A stretch of 52,279 bases of DNA from Nitrospinota bacterium (GTDB lineage Bacteria > UBA8248), in NCBI GenBank assembly GCA_009839615.1, contig VXPH01000012.1:1-52279 (forward strand). The letters run 5' to 3'. Positions 1-8,036 of this stretch are shown one piece after another. The position numbers were made by a program, and so were the translations under genes. The notes below the pieces were generated by a model, which made no database searches, was not told the DNA's origin, and was given only the letters and a program-made list of their open reading frames with translations. The stretch's first letter is position 1; every line of letters begins with the position of its first letter.

Positions 1-13
1 CCCCCCCAACCCC

Positions 14-562
14 CTACCCCCGCACCCGCTCCCGCCAGTCGCGCATGGCGGCGCGCGTGGTGTCGAAAGCGAGCTCGTCGAAGTCGATCGCATCGGGCGC
101 GACGAGCTTGACCTCGGTGGTCTCGGCCAGGGCGCGGGGGACGCCCTCCGTCACGGCGCCGGTGTAGACGATGAGCACGGTGGCGTTGCCCTCGAACGAG
201 TACACCCCCAGGAGCGCGTCCACCGCCACCTCGATTCCCGCTTCCTCTTTCGCCTCGCGCGCGGCGGCTTCCGGGACCACCTCGCCGCGGTTCACGAAGC
301 CGCCCGGAAACGTCCACAGCCCCTTGCCGGGGTTGTGGGCGCGGCGCAGGAGCACGGCCTCCCTGCCGATTGTCGCGACGACGCCCGCCGCCACCTTGGG
401 GTCCAGGAAATGAACGTGGTTGCAGGACGCCGCGCTGCAGCAAAGCTGCATGGTGCCGTCCCCCTCCGTCCAGGGGCGGTAGACGAGCGGACTCCCGCAG
501 GAGACGCAGAACTTCACCCCGCCTCCCAGATGGGGGTGGGCCTGCGGGGCGTCGGCGCTCAA
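14..562 (-). CDS. NUDIX hydrolase with N-terminal zinc-ribbon
   Basis: 182-aa ORF. Nudix box GGFVNRGEVVPEAAAREAKEEAGIE follows a Cys-rich ribbon (CVSCGSP...CCSAASCNH). The TTG start overlaps the stop of the upstream MBL gene (TTGA). Confidence 0.85.
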   Translation of the reverse strand: MSADAPQAHPHLGGGVKFCVSCGSPLVYRPWTEGDGTMQLCCSAASCNHVHFLDPKVAAGVVATIGREAVLLRRAHNPGKGLWTFPGGFVNRGEVVPEAAAREAKEEAGIEVAVDALLGVYSFEGNATVLIVYTGAVTEGVPRALAETTEVKLVAPDAIDFDELAFDTTRAAMRDWRERVRG

Positions 563-1221
563 GTCAGAAATTGTTCGGCTCCGGGCCGGCAGAAGGGGTT
601 GGTGGCCCGCTCGTGGCCGATGGTGGTCTCCGGCCCGTGGCCCGGATGCACGACGGTGTCGTCCGGCAGGGTGAGCAGTTGCGTCCGGATGGCGTTCAGC
701 AATACGCCTCCGTCGCCCATGTAGAGGTCGGTCCGTCCGATAGAGCCCGCGAAAAGGGCGTCGCCCACGATGGCGTGCCCCGGCTCGGTTCCGTCACCCG
801 GCCTGTAAAGAGTGACGTTGCCCGGCGCGTGGCCGTCGGTGAGCCTGATCTCGAATTCGAGGTTTCCGACCGAAATCGTCTCGCCGGGAACGAGATAGGC
901 ATCCACCTCGGGGACGGGCGGTTCGGGGAACCCGTAGCCGCGCGCCGCGTTCGGGATGTTTTGCAGGTTGAAGAGTTCCGCCTCGTGGAGCCAGTAGGGG
1001 ATCCCGAGCTTTTCTTTCGCTTCCGCGACGCCCTCGGCGTGGTCCAGGTGTGCGTGGGTGCCGATGATTTTGGTGAGGTTCAAGCCGTGCCCGCGCGCCG
1101 CCTCGATGACGCGCTCCACCTCCGCGCCCGGGTCGATATAAGCGCCCTCTTTCGTCTCCGTACAGCCCACGACGTAGCTGTTCATCTGGAAGGGCCCGAC
1201 GGGTATCCGCTCGAGGATCAA
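559..1221 (-). CDS. MBL-fold metallo-hydrolase (glyoxalase II-like)
   Basis: HAHLDH metal motif and typical N-terminus LILERIPVGPFQMNSYVV. I place the start at TTG 1221 (AAAGGA upstream) rather than at 1308, because the ORF-track N-terminal extension is Pro/Ala-rich and non-homologous-looking. Confidence 0.85.
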   Translation of the reverse strand: MILERIPVGPFQMNSYVVGCTETKEGAYIDPGAEVERVIEAARGHGLNLTKIIGTHAHLDHAEGVAEAKEKLGIPYWLHEAELFNLQNIPNAARGYGFPEPPVPEVDAYLVPGETISVGNLEFEIRLTDGHAPGNVTLYRPGDGTEPGHAIVGDALFAGSIGRTDLYMGDGGVLLNAIRTQLLTLPDDTVVHPGHGPETTIGHERATNPFCRPGAEQFLT

Positions 1222-1348
1222 GGAAAATCCTTTCTCAGTGCATGGCGGGGGTGCGTCCGCCCGCCAGGGGGTTGTTGAAAAACTCGTCCCGCTCGGTCGA
1301 ACCCTCATTCATCAATCGGATTCGACCTTCCTCATCTCTTGGAACCGG

Positions 1349-1386
1349 CCACCGTCGTCATTCCGGCGAAAGCCGGAATCCATTTT
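1349..1386. repeat. Inner inverted-repeat arm A (CCACCGTCGTCATTCCGGCGAAAGCCGGAATCCATTTT)
   Basis: Reverse complement of 1493-1527 apart from a 3-nt indel. Contains its own hairpin CCGGC-GAAA-GCCGG. Confidence 0.85.
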
Positions 1387-1492
1387 CATCCGCCGATGGA
1401 ATCGGCCACGCGCCGTCGTTCCCTCCGCGTGGATACCGGGTTCAGGCGCTGCGCGGCGACGAAGTCGTAGCCGCTCCGCCCGGTGAAAAGTC

Positions 1493-1527
1493 AAAATGGA
1501 TTCCGGCTTTCGCCGGAATGACGGTGG
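1493..1527. repeat. Inner inverted-repeat arm B (AAAATGGATTCCGGCTTTCGCCGGAATGACGGTGG)
   Basis: Exact reverse complement of arm A minus CGT. The arms are separated by ~106 bp. Confidence 0.85.
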
Positions 1528-1648
1528 TTTTCCTCCATCGAGGGACTTTTTCATCGGGCTTCCCCCTCGGGAAGCCCGACCCTCAAGGGGGGAGTGATTC
1601 TTCCCCTTTCATCGGTCGCCGATTATCGGGCCTTTTCCAACAACCCCG

Positions 1649-2548
1649 CTAGGAATCGGGAGGGAAGACGACGATTTCGATCCGGCGGTTCGTCCGGCGG
1701 CCCTCGCGCGTGTCGTTGCTGGCGATCGGGCGGAACTCGCCCATTCCCGCCCCCGAGACCCGGCGCGGGTCGAGGTTTCCCACCTCGACGAAGTAGCGCA
1801 GCACCCGCGTGGCGCGCGCGGCGGAAAGCTCCCAGTTCGTCTCCCAGCGCTCCGCCAGGCGGTCGGATATCTGCACGTTGTCGGTGTGGCCCTGCACCTG
1901 CACCTCGCGGTTCGCGTAGCGGCGCAGCAGGCTCGAGAACTTCACGAGCAGGGCCCTGCTCTCGGCGCGGATCTTGGCGCTTCCCGACTTGAAGAGGATG
2001 GCGCTCGCGATGCTGATCACCACCCGGTCGCCGGCGCGGCGCACCTCGATGGTTCCGCGGCGCCGTTCTCTCGCGAACTGCGCCTTCATGTCCTTTTCGA
2101 GCTGGATCTGGAAGCGGATCCTGTCCTCGAAGCGCAGGAGTTTCTTTTGCGCGGTGACGAGGTTCTTCTGGAGCTCCCGGACCCGCGCGCGCGAGTTCTC
2201 GTACGCGCGCTCGAAGCGCCGGGCCTTCTGGGCGCTCTCGGTCTGCTGGGACTGTTGGGCGGTCACCTGCGCGCGCAGGTCGGCCACGCGCGTCTCCGTC
2301 TGCTGGCTGTGGCGCCTGGCCATGGTGAGGGACTGGCTGAGTTCCTGGGCCTCCAGGTCTTTTTGCTTGATCCGTCCTTCGAGTTCCTCGATATTCCGGC
2401 CCAGCTCGTCGATCCGGCGCTGGTAGTCGGAGATTTCCTTCCTGAGGCCTGCGGCTTCGTCCGTCTTTCGCTCGTAGTCTTCGATGCCCACGCATCCGGT
2501 GAGCAGGGCGGCGGCGAGGAATAAAATTACGGGGCGATGCGTCTGCAT
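1649..2548 (-). CDS. OmpA-family lipoprotein with long coiled-coil
   Basis: Lipobox LLTGC at the N-terminus, ~170 aa of heptad-like E/R/Q-rich sequence, and a C-terminal OmpA domain (GHTDN...NWELSAARA...NRRIEIV). The ATG immediately follows the fbp stop codon. Confidence 0.85.
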   Translation of the reverse strand: MQTHRPVILFLAAALLTGCVGIEDYERKTDEAAGLRKEISDYQRRIDELGRNIEELEGRIKQKDLEAQELSQSLTMARRHSQQTETRVADLRAQVTAQQSQQTESAQKARRFERAYENSRARVRELQKNLVTAQKKLLRFEDRIRFQIQLEKDMKAQFARERRRGTIEVRRAGDRVVISIASAILFKSGSAKIRAESRALLVKFSSLLRRYANREVQVQGHTDNVQISDRLAERWETNWELSAARATRVLRYFVEVGNLDPRRVSGAGMGEFRPIASNDTREGRRTNRRIEIVVFPPDS

Positions 2549-3580
2549 TCAGTTTCCTCCTCCGGACATGAAGCGGTTGGCGTCGGCGACGTCGTGCCTG
2601 CTGCCGACGATGAAGGGAATGCGCTGGTGAAGTTTTTCGGGCTGGATCTCCATCACCCGGCCGCGGCCGTCGCTCGCCGCACCCCCGGCCTGCTCCGCGA
2701 TGAAGGACATCGGGTTGCACTCATACAACAGGCGCAGCTTGCCGCTGGGGTTTTTCCTGTCGCCCGGATAGAGGAAGATGCCGCCCTTCAGGAGGTTTCT
2801 GTGGAAATCGGCCACCAGCGAACCGATGTAGCGGCCCGAATAGGGGCGGCCCGATTCGGCGTCATCTTCTTTCAGGTACGCGATGTAGCGGGAGGTGGGC
2901 TCATCCCACTTCGAGGAGTTGCCCTCGTTGATGCTGTAAATCTTGCCCCGCTCGGGAATCCGGATGTCGGGATGGGAGAGGAAGAACTCGCCCACCGAGG
3001 GGTCGAGCGTGAAGCCGTCCACGCCGTTGCCCGTGGTGTAGACCAGCATGGTGGACGAGCCGTAGATGACGTAGCCCGCACAAACCTGCTCGACGCCCGG
3101 CTGGAGGAAGTCGTCGAGCTGCGTGGGGCCGTTCCCGCCCCTGCGGCGCAGGATGGAGAAGATCGAGCCGATGCTCACGTTCACGTCGATGTTCGAAGAG
3201 CCGTCCAGCGGGTCGTAGAGCACGACGTATTCGCCGCCCTCCACGTATTTGCCGGGAACGACGTAGACCTCCTCCATCTCCTCGCTCGCCAGGGCGGCCA
3301 CCGAACCGGTGTGGTCGAGGGCCCTGCGCATCACGTCGTTCGCGTATTCGTCGAGTTTCTGGACTTCCTCGCCCTGCACGTTCAGCTCGCCGGTCAGGCC
3401 CAGGATGTCCACGAGGCCCGCCTTGTTGACCTCGGCGTTGATGATCTTGGCGGCGAGGGTGATCTGCGTGACGAGGCGGGTGAAGAGCCCGCGCGCGCCC
3501 GGGTGGTTCCGCTCCTCCTCGCGGATGTGGCGCTCGAGCGTCATGCCCTTGAAGTTCGTGGCGGCGGCTTCCTGCTGCAT
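2549..3580 (-). CDS. fbp: Fructose-1,6-bisphosphatase, class 1
   Basis: FBPase class 1 hallmarks (DPLDGSSNID, GYVIYGSSTMLV, YECNPMSFI). Start set at ATG 3580 (MQQEAAATNF...) with GGAGAGAGG upstream. The ORF-track extension to 3691 is Arg-rich junk that overlaps fba. Confidence 0.9.
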   Translation of the reverse strand: MQQEAAATNFKGMTLERHIREEERNHPGARGLFTRLVTQITLAAKIINAEVNKAGLVDILGLTGELNVQGEEVQKLDEYANDVMRRALDHTGSVAALASEEMEEVYVVPGKYVEGGEYVVLYDPLDGSSNIDVNVSIGSIFSILRRRGGNGPTQLDDFLQPGVEQVCAGYVIYGSSTMLVYTTGNGVDGFTLDPSVGEFFLSHPDIRIPERGKIYSINEGNSSKWDEPTSRYIAYLKEDDAESGRPYSGRYIGSLVADFHRNLLKGGIFLYPGDRKNPSGKLRLLYECNPMSFIAEQAGGAASDGRGRVMEIQPEKLHQRIPFIVGSRHDVADANRFMSGGGN

Positions 3581-3618
3581 CCTCTCTCCTGTTCCCTGGC
3601 GGGCGGTCGCTCGTCCGG

Positions 3619-4647
3619 CTACGCGGCGGCGACTTCTCCTTCCATCGCGTCCTCGTACGCGCCCGTTCGCGCGGCGCCGTTGCACCTGCACCGGTGGAGG
3701 AAGAGTCTCTGGGCGAGGGGCACGTTCGCCGCATCGCCGCCCCAGCCCTTAAGCGCCGGCGCCTGCAGCGCGCGGCCGTAGGAGAAGCTGAGCTCCCAGG
3801 GGTGGGGGCCCATCGCGTTCATCGCGTTTAAGTGCGCGGTGGCGACCGCGTCGCTCTGCCCGCCCGAGAGGAAGCAGATGCCGGGCACGGCGGCGGGCAC
3901 GTTTCGCGTGAGAGAGCGCACTGTGGCCTCGGCCACTTCCCCCACGCCCGCCTGGGTCGTGCATCCCTTGCCCGAGATCACCATGTTGGGTTTCAAGATC
4001 ATGCCCTCGAGCGAGACGCGGTGTACGTGCAGGGCGTGAAAGACGCTCTCGAGCGTATCGTTCGTCACCTCCTCGCAGACCTCGATGGTGTTGTCCGCAT
4101 CCATGAGCACTTCGGGCTCCACGATGGGCACGAGGCCCGCCTCCTGGGAGAGCGCCGCGTAGCGCGCGAGGCCGTGCGCGTTGGCCTCGATGCAATAGGC
4201 CGAGGGGATTCCCGCGCCGATGGTGATGACGGCGCGCCACTTGGTGAACTTCGCGCCGAGCGTGACGTACTCGCTAAGCCGCTCGAGCAGGCCGTCCAGG
4301 CCCTCGGTGACCTTTTCGCCCGGAGCGAAGGCCAGGTCCTTCGCGCCCTTGTCGACCTTGATGCCGGGCAGGATGCCGCGCGAGGCGAGCAGCGCGCCGA
4401 AGTTCGTCCCGTCCGCCGCGCTCTGGCGCAGCGTCTCGTCGAAGAGGATGACGCCGCTGATGTATTCCTCGATTCCCTCCGTCGTGAAGAGAAGCTCGCG
4501 ATAGGCGCGCCGGTTCTCCTCGGTGGATTCGACGCCGATGCTGTCGAGGCGCTTTTGGATCGTGCCCGAACTCTCGTCCGCTGCGAGGATGCCTTTGCCG
4601 GGCGCCACCATCTGCTGGGCGATCGCCGCCAGGTCGTTCGTGCTCAT
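3619..4647 (-). CDS. fba: Fructose-bisphosphate aldolase, class I (eukaryote-type)
   Basis: GKGILAADESSGTIQKRL and the Schiff-base region ILKPNMV are typical of class I aldolase (Pfam Glycolytic family). Confidence 0.9.
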   Translation of the reverse strand: MSTNDLAAIAQQMVAPGKGILAADESSGTIQKRLDSIGVESTEENRRAYRELLFTTEGIEEYISGVILFDETLRQSAADGTNFGALLASRGILPGIKVDKGAKDLAFAPGEKVTEGLDGLLERLSEYVTLGAKFTKWRAVITIGAGIPSAYCIEANAHGLARYAALSQEAGLVPIVEPEVLMDADNTIEVCEEVTNDTLESVFHALHVHRVSLEGMILKPNMVISGKGCTTQAGVGEVAEATVRSLTRNVPAAVPGICFLSGGQSDAVATAHLNAMNAMGPHPWELSFSYGRALQAPALKGWGGDAANVPLAQRLFLHRCRCNGAARTGAYEDAMEGEVAAA

Positions 4648-4847
4648 GATTTCGCTCCTGCAAGAATTGCCGATGATGTGGAAATATCAAGGGGGAATCC
4701 CCCTGCCGGGAGTTCCCGCTCGTCGTTGCTTTCAGCTTTTGGATGCGTCGGCGGGGTTTCGGGTTTCGGTTCCGAAGCGGCCCGCCCGCCGCTCGATAGT
4801 CCGCCTCGGAACAAGACAACCCATCGCGCGTGGAGGATAACAAAACC

Positions 4848-4964
4848 ATGCCGAAGAAGAAACCGCCGCGCGGGTGGAAATCATTTTCACATCGTGGTCG
4901 AATGGGTTTTCCCGCCCCGGTGGAGAGGTTCCAGGTGCCCTGTTTTCCCCGCGCGCGCCCATGA
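4848..4964 (+). CDS. Possible 38-codon leader ORF coupled to the MFS gene (speculative)
   Basis: ATG 4848 lies 10 nt after GGAGGA. The ORF encodes MPKKKPPRGWKSFSHRGRMGFPAPVERFQVPCFPRARP. Its TGA overlaps the MFS ATG (ATGA at 4961-4964), and the MFS ATG has no SD of its own. Confidence 0.2.
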   Translation: MPKKKPPRGWKSFSHRGRMGFPAPVERFQVPCFPRARP

Positions 4965-6115
4965 GCGCGCAAGTCCCCGGCGCGATTCCCTTCTGGCGGA
5001 TGCCCGCGTTTTATTTCCTGCACTTTTTCGCCGTGGGCGTCATGCTCCCGTTTCTGAACATCTTTTATCATTCCGTGGGCGTGAGCGGGTTCCAGCTCGG
5101 CCTGCTGAACGCGGCGCCGCGCCTCTCGAGCGCGCTCGCGCCCCCTCTTTTCGGAGCGCTTGCGGACAAGTTCCGCCTGGGCCGGAGCGTGGCCTTCACG
5201 TGCGCCGTCGCGAGTTCTCTGCTCGCGCTTCTCCTGTGGGGGGCGAGCGGTTTTCTGGCGCTCCTCATATTGATCACGCTCTTCTCCGCCCTGAGGGCTC
5301 CCCTCGTGCCCATCGCCGAGAATCTCTGCCTGCGCGAAATCGAGGCCACGGGCGCGCAGTACGGCCGCGTGCGCCTGTGGGGGTCGCTGGGTTTCATCGT
5401 CGCGGCGATGGGAGCGGGCCGCCTGGTCGAGACCACCGGGGTCGCCTCCATCTTCCCGTTCGTGGCGTGCGTGGGCGTCCTGCTCGTCTTCGTCATCTTT
5501 CATCTGCCGAGGGAGGTCGGCCGCGCGCGCCCCCGCTTCCGGGCCGACTTGCGTCTCCTGCTCCGCAGCAGTCCGCTCGCCGTCTTCCTCCTCACCACGA
5601 CGTTCGCCGCGATTTCCGCCGGACCCTTCGGGATTTACTTCAGCATCCGGCTGAAGGAGCTCGGGCTTTCGGCGGACCTGATCGCCCTGGCGTGGACGGT
5701 GGGCGTGGTGAGCGAGATTGTTTTTCTCATCTACGCGCAGGCCATCCAGAGAAAATTCGGCCTGAAGTGGATGATCGCCGCCGGCATGATCGCCGCAGGC
5801 TTGAGGTGGGAGTTCGTCGCCCTCACGACGGACGCTTTTTTGCTCATCCTTATTCAGCTTTTGCACGGCGTCGCCTTCGGCGTCTTCCACGCGGGCGCGA
5901 TCCAGTACGTCGACCGCCTGAGCAGCGCTGCGACGAAGAACACCGCGCAATCTCTCTACAGCGCCGCCACCTGGGGGGTCGGCTCCACGCTGGGCGCGCT
6001 GCTGGCGGGCTGGCTGCTCCCGATATGGGGGTTCGTGACGCTGCTCCACGTCGCCGCGGGCGTGGCGCTGTGCGCGGGTCTGGCCTTCGCCGTTTTGGGA
6101 GAGAACGTGGAGTAA
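4961..6115 (+). CDS. MFS transporter (LacY/HcaT-like MFS_1_like type)
   Basis: 12-TM-like hydrophobic pattern with N-terminus FYFLHFFAVGVMLPFLNIFY. Start chosen at ATG 4961; the ORF-track start at 4874 adds a non-hydrophobic extension. Confidence 0.8.
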   Translation: MSAQVPGAIPFWRMPAFYFLHFFAVGVMLPFLNIFYHSVGVSGFQLGLLNAAPRLSSALAPPLFGALADKFRLGRSVAFTCAVASSLLALLLWGASGFLALLILITLFSALRAPLVPIAENLCLREIEATGAQYGRVRLWGSLGFIVAAMGAGRLVETTGVASIFPFVACVGVLLVFVIFHLPREVGRARPRFRADLRLLLRSSPLAVFLLTTTFAAISAGPFGIYFSIRLKELGLSADLIALAWTVGVVSEIVFLIYAQAIQRKFGLKWMIAAGMIAAGLRWEFVALTTDAFLLILIQLLHGVAFGVFHAGAIQYVDRLSSAATKNTAQSLYSAATWGVGSTLGALLAGWLLPIWGFVTLLHVAAGVALCAGLAFAVLGENVE

Positions 6116-6211
6116 AACCGCCCGTCCGCGCTGGACGGCCCCTCTCCTCGTGTGGGAGTATGGCGCGCGCTCCCTTCATGAAGGCGCGAGGCGATTGAGA
6201 GAGGAGAGGGG

Positions 6212-6697
6212 GTGAGCATGGCGAAAAAGACCCTGTACCTGGCGAGTCCTTACGGTTTTTCCTTACAACAGCGCGAGGGGCCGCTGCCCGATCTCGTGGC
6301 GGCGCTCGAAGCGGTGGGCGCCGAAGTGTGGGAGCCGTTCACGCGCAACAACCAGCCCGAGATGCTCGCGAGCCCCGGCTGGGCGTACCGCGTCGGGCAG
6401 AACGACATGCGCGACGTGCGCGATGCGTCGGGCTTTTTCGGCGTGGTGAACGGATGCCCGCCCGATGAGGGCGTGATGGTCGAACTCGGCATGGCGGTCG
6501 CCTGGGGAAAGCCCGTCTTCCTGTTCCGCGACGACTTCAGGCGCTCGACCGATTGCGAGGCCTATCCGCTGAACCTCATGATCTTCACCGGCCTGCCCGA
6601 GGTGGGTTGGGAGAGCTATTTCTATACCTCGATCGATGAGATCGGAGACCCCGAAAAAGCCCTCGCCCGCTGGATGAGGGACGAGCCCCTGCCGTGA
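6212..6697 (+). CDS. Nucleoside 2-deoxyribosyltransferase-like protein
   Basis: LYLASPYGFS N-terminus and GVVNGCPPDEGVMVELGMAVAWGKPVFLF match the NDT/PF05014 fold pattern. GAGGAGAGGGG RBS. The start is GTG 6212 or ATG 6218. Confidence 0.7.
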   Translation: MSMAKKTLYLASPYGFSLQQREGPLPDLVAALEAVGAEVWEPFTRNNQPEMLASPGWAYRVGQNDMRDVRDASGFFGVVNGCPPDEGVMVELGMAVAWGKPVFLFRDDFRRSTDCEAYPLNLMIFTGLPEVGWESYFYTSIDEIGDPEKALARWMRDEPLP

Positions 6698-6724
6698 GGG
6701 GGGTGATCCTCGAATGGGGTGCAA

Positions 6725-7915
6725 TTAGTATTTCCCTATGGCGTCAAAGTCTAGTTCAATCTTCAGGTCATTAGGTGGTGTATCCGTAACTTTGATAAAG
6801 CCAAATTGCTCAAGTCGGAGCAATTCTCTGATGAGAGTTCTCGTGGTTACGTTACTATATGCTCCTCGAATATAGGGAGATCCGATCAATTCCGTAGCAC
6901 CAATCACTCTTGAGGGTTGCTCTGAAAACGGATCGACGGGTTCGGTCTCCGAGATCAAAAAGTCAAGAAGGCCGTATTCCCTGTCGTTAATCAGGAATCT
7001 TCTATCGGATATTTTCTTGTTGCGCGCTTGAACCAGCATTTGGCGATAGACGATTCGATTCAACTTCGTTTTGATGAAATTGTTGATTCCTCTTAATTCC
7101 TCCATGAATCCCTGCAAACCGAAAGCAATGAACGGGGTGACGTCGAAGGGCTGCTTTTCTCTACACTTTTGGAGAAGCTTCTTGTATTCATCGTCGTGGC
7201 GATAGAAATAATTCGACAGCCCGTAGAACCCGTGTACGTTATACCCCCCACGGAACAAAATTCCCGCCTCCACCAGGCGGGATGTTCTTCCGTTTCCATC
7301 GCCGAACGGGTGGATGGTCACAAGGAAAAAATGCGCGAGTAACGCGCGAATGGCGGGGTGTTCCGCCTCCATTTTGCGGGATCGCAAAAATTCGATGTAT
7401 TCGTTCATCAAACCGGGTAGTTCCTCATGCGGCGCGCCCCTGTGAACTCCTCCCAAAGAAGGGCTTCCAACTTGAACCGAAAAGGCTCTCAACTGCCCGG
7501 GCGTGTTGTCCGTCATGTCGGCGTTCTCGGTGATCATTTCGTGCATGTTCAAAATATCAGAGAGAGTGAAGGGGTCGTTGCCGGGTTTGAACCTCTCTTG
7601 GACCCACCCTTGCGCAGCCCCGGCGTTTCTGATCTGAATTTGCTCCTTGCTGAGTTGCGTCGCATCCTGATGGTCGTCGGATTGCTCCTGAGCCTCGATT
7701 TGTTGTGAGACTTCAGCTTCTGAAAGGGGGTTCCCCTCGATGGCCGTCGTGCCGTGAATAGCGCGGATGCGGTTCAGCTTGTTCAGCGTCTCTCTCCAAT
7801 CAGGAGGGAGAATGAGACTCATGGCCGCTTCTTTGGACGCCTCTATAGAGACAATAGTATTTCTGAGACCTGAATTTTCATATCGATATTCAAATCGGAA
7901 TTTTTTCCAGTCCAA
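6725..7915 (-). CDS. Fic family protein (AMPylase-type), class II auto-inhibited, C-terminal wHTH
   Basis: Canonical Fic motif HPFGDGNGRTSR. In-cis inhibitory motif TTAIEG ([ST]xxxE[GN]) lies N-terminal to the core. C-terminal TTRTLIRELLRLEQFGFIKV is winged-helix-like. The gene is visibly AT-richer than its flanks. Start is TTG 7915 (AGGAAG upstream) or ATG 7822. Confidence 0.9.
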   Translation of the reverse strand: MDWKKFRFEYRYENSGLRNTIVSIEASKEAAMSLILPPDWRETLNKLNRIRAIHGTTAIEGNPLSEAEVSQQIEAQEQSDDHQDATQLSKEQIQIRNAGAAQGWVQERFKPGNDPFTLSDILNMHEMITENADMTDNTPGQLRAFSVQVGSPSLGGVHRGAPHEELPGLMNEYIEFLRSRKMEAEHPAIRALLAHFFLVTIHPFGDGNGRTSRLVEAGILFRGGYNVHGFYGLSNYFYRHDDEYKKLLQKCREKQPFDVTPFIAFGLQGFMEELRGINNFIKTKLNRIVYRQMLVQARNKKISDRRFLINDREYGLLDFLISETEPVDPFSEQPSRVIGATELIGSPYIRGAYSNVTTRTLIRELLRLEQFGFIKVTDTPPNDLKIELDFDAIGKY

Positions 7916-7925
7916 TTTATCTTCC

Positions 7926-7961
7926 TATTTGACACGTTATTTGGCACGCTGTTTGACAAGG
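7926..7961. repeat. Three tandem 12-bp repeats (TATTTGACACGT TATTTGGCACGC TGTTTGACAAGG)
   Basis: Read directly from the sequence. Lies between the Fic start codon and the putative Fic promoter. Confidence 0.8.
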
Positions 7962-7973
7962 CATCTATATTTT

Positions 7974-8002
7974 TAAATATATGATTATTAAGTAGTTGTC
8001 AA
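7974..8002 (-). promoter_or_regulatory. Putative sigma70 promoter of the Fic gene
   Basis: On the minus strand: TTGACA-N17-TATTTA in a very AT-rich stretch, ~50 nt upstream of the TTG start, bracketed by the two 12-mer arrays. Confidence 0.4.
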
Positions 8003-8036
8003 ATTTATTTTTTGGAATACGCTCTTAGTTATTCGT

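Larger units (their letters stand above)
1267..1647. repeat. Composite palindromic (MITE/REP-like) non-coding element
   Basis: Outer inverted motifs GGGGGTTGTTGAAAAACTC (1267-1285) and GGCCTTTTCCAACAACCCC (1629-1647; reverse complement GGGGTTGTTGGAAAAGGCC) enclose an inner 35-38 bp inverted repeat. No credible ORF. The same outer motif recurs at 47.5-47.9 kb. Confidence 0.6.

Noticed and set aside
1556-1577. GGGCTTCCC-CCTC-GGGAAGCCC hairpin as the intrinsic terminator of the ompA-like gene.
   Set aside because: There is no U-tract after the stem on the minus strand; the flank is GAUGAAAAAG. It is more likely part of the composite repeat element.
1238-1652. Short ORFs across the 1.3-1.6 kb gap (1238-1486, 1242-1652, 1312-1554) with peptides like SFRRKPESI and RHSGESRNP.
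   Set aside because: They are translations of the palindromic repeat arms on both strands, the same sequence read in opposite directions. They have no RBS and no coherent protein features.
3581-3691. N-terminal extensions suggested by the ORF track for fbp (to 3691), anmK (to 19919), tolB (25650), the ferredoxin (43274), MoaD-like (46933), DUF3151 (48653), amidase (51452), TRAP SBP (11256) and MBL (1308).
   Set aside because: In each case an internal start with a recognisable SD sequence gives an N-terminus matching the family norm. The extensions are low-complexity or overlap the neighbouring gene.
3832-6198. 788-aa ORF on the plus strand, and similar long ORFs at 1623-2720, 2537-3781, 4274-6049, 11474-13438, 14027-15232, 22189-23310, 23518-24624, 43025-43960 and 45222-46706.
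   Set aside because: These are out-of-frame or antisense to genes with clear family signatures. Their translations are Arg/Ala/Gly/Pro-rich and low in complexity, which is typical of stop-codon-poor alternative frames in high-GC DNA.
7942-7956. Sigma54-like element TGGCAC-N5-TTGA on the plus strand.
   Set aside because: It arises from the junction of two 12-mer repeat units. It points away from the Fic gene into the antisense of the TusA-like gene, with no plausible downstream target, and the -12 element is imperfect.
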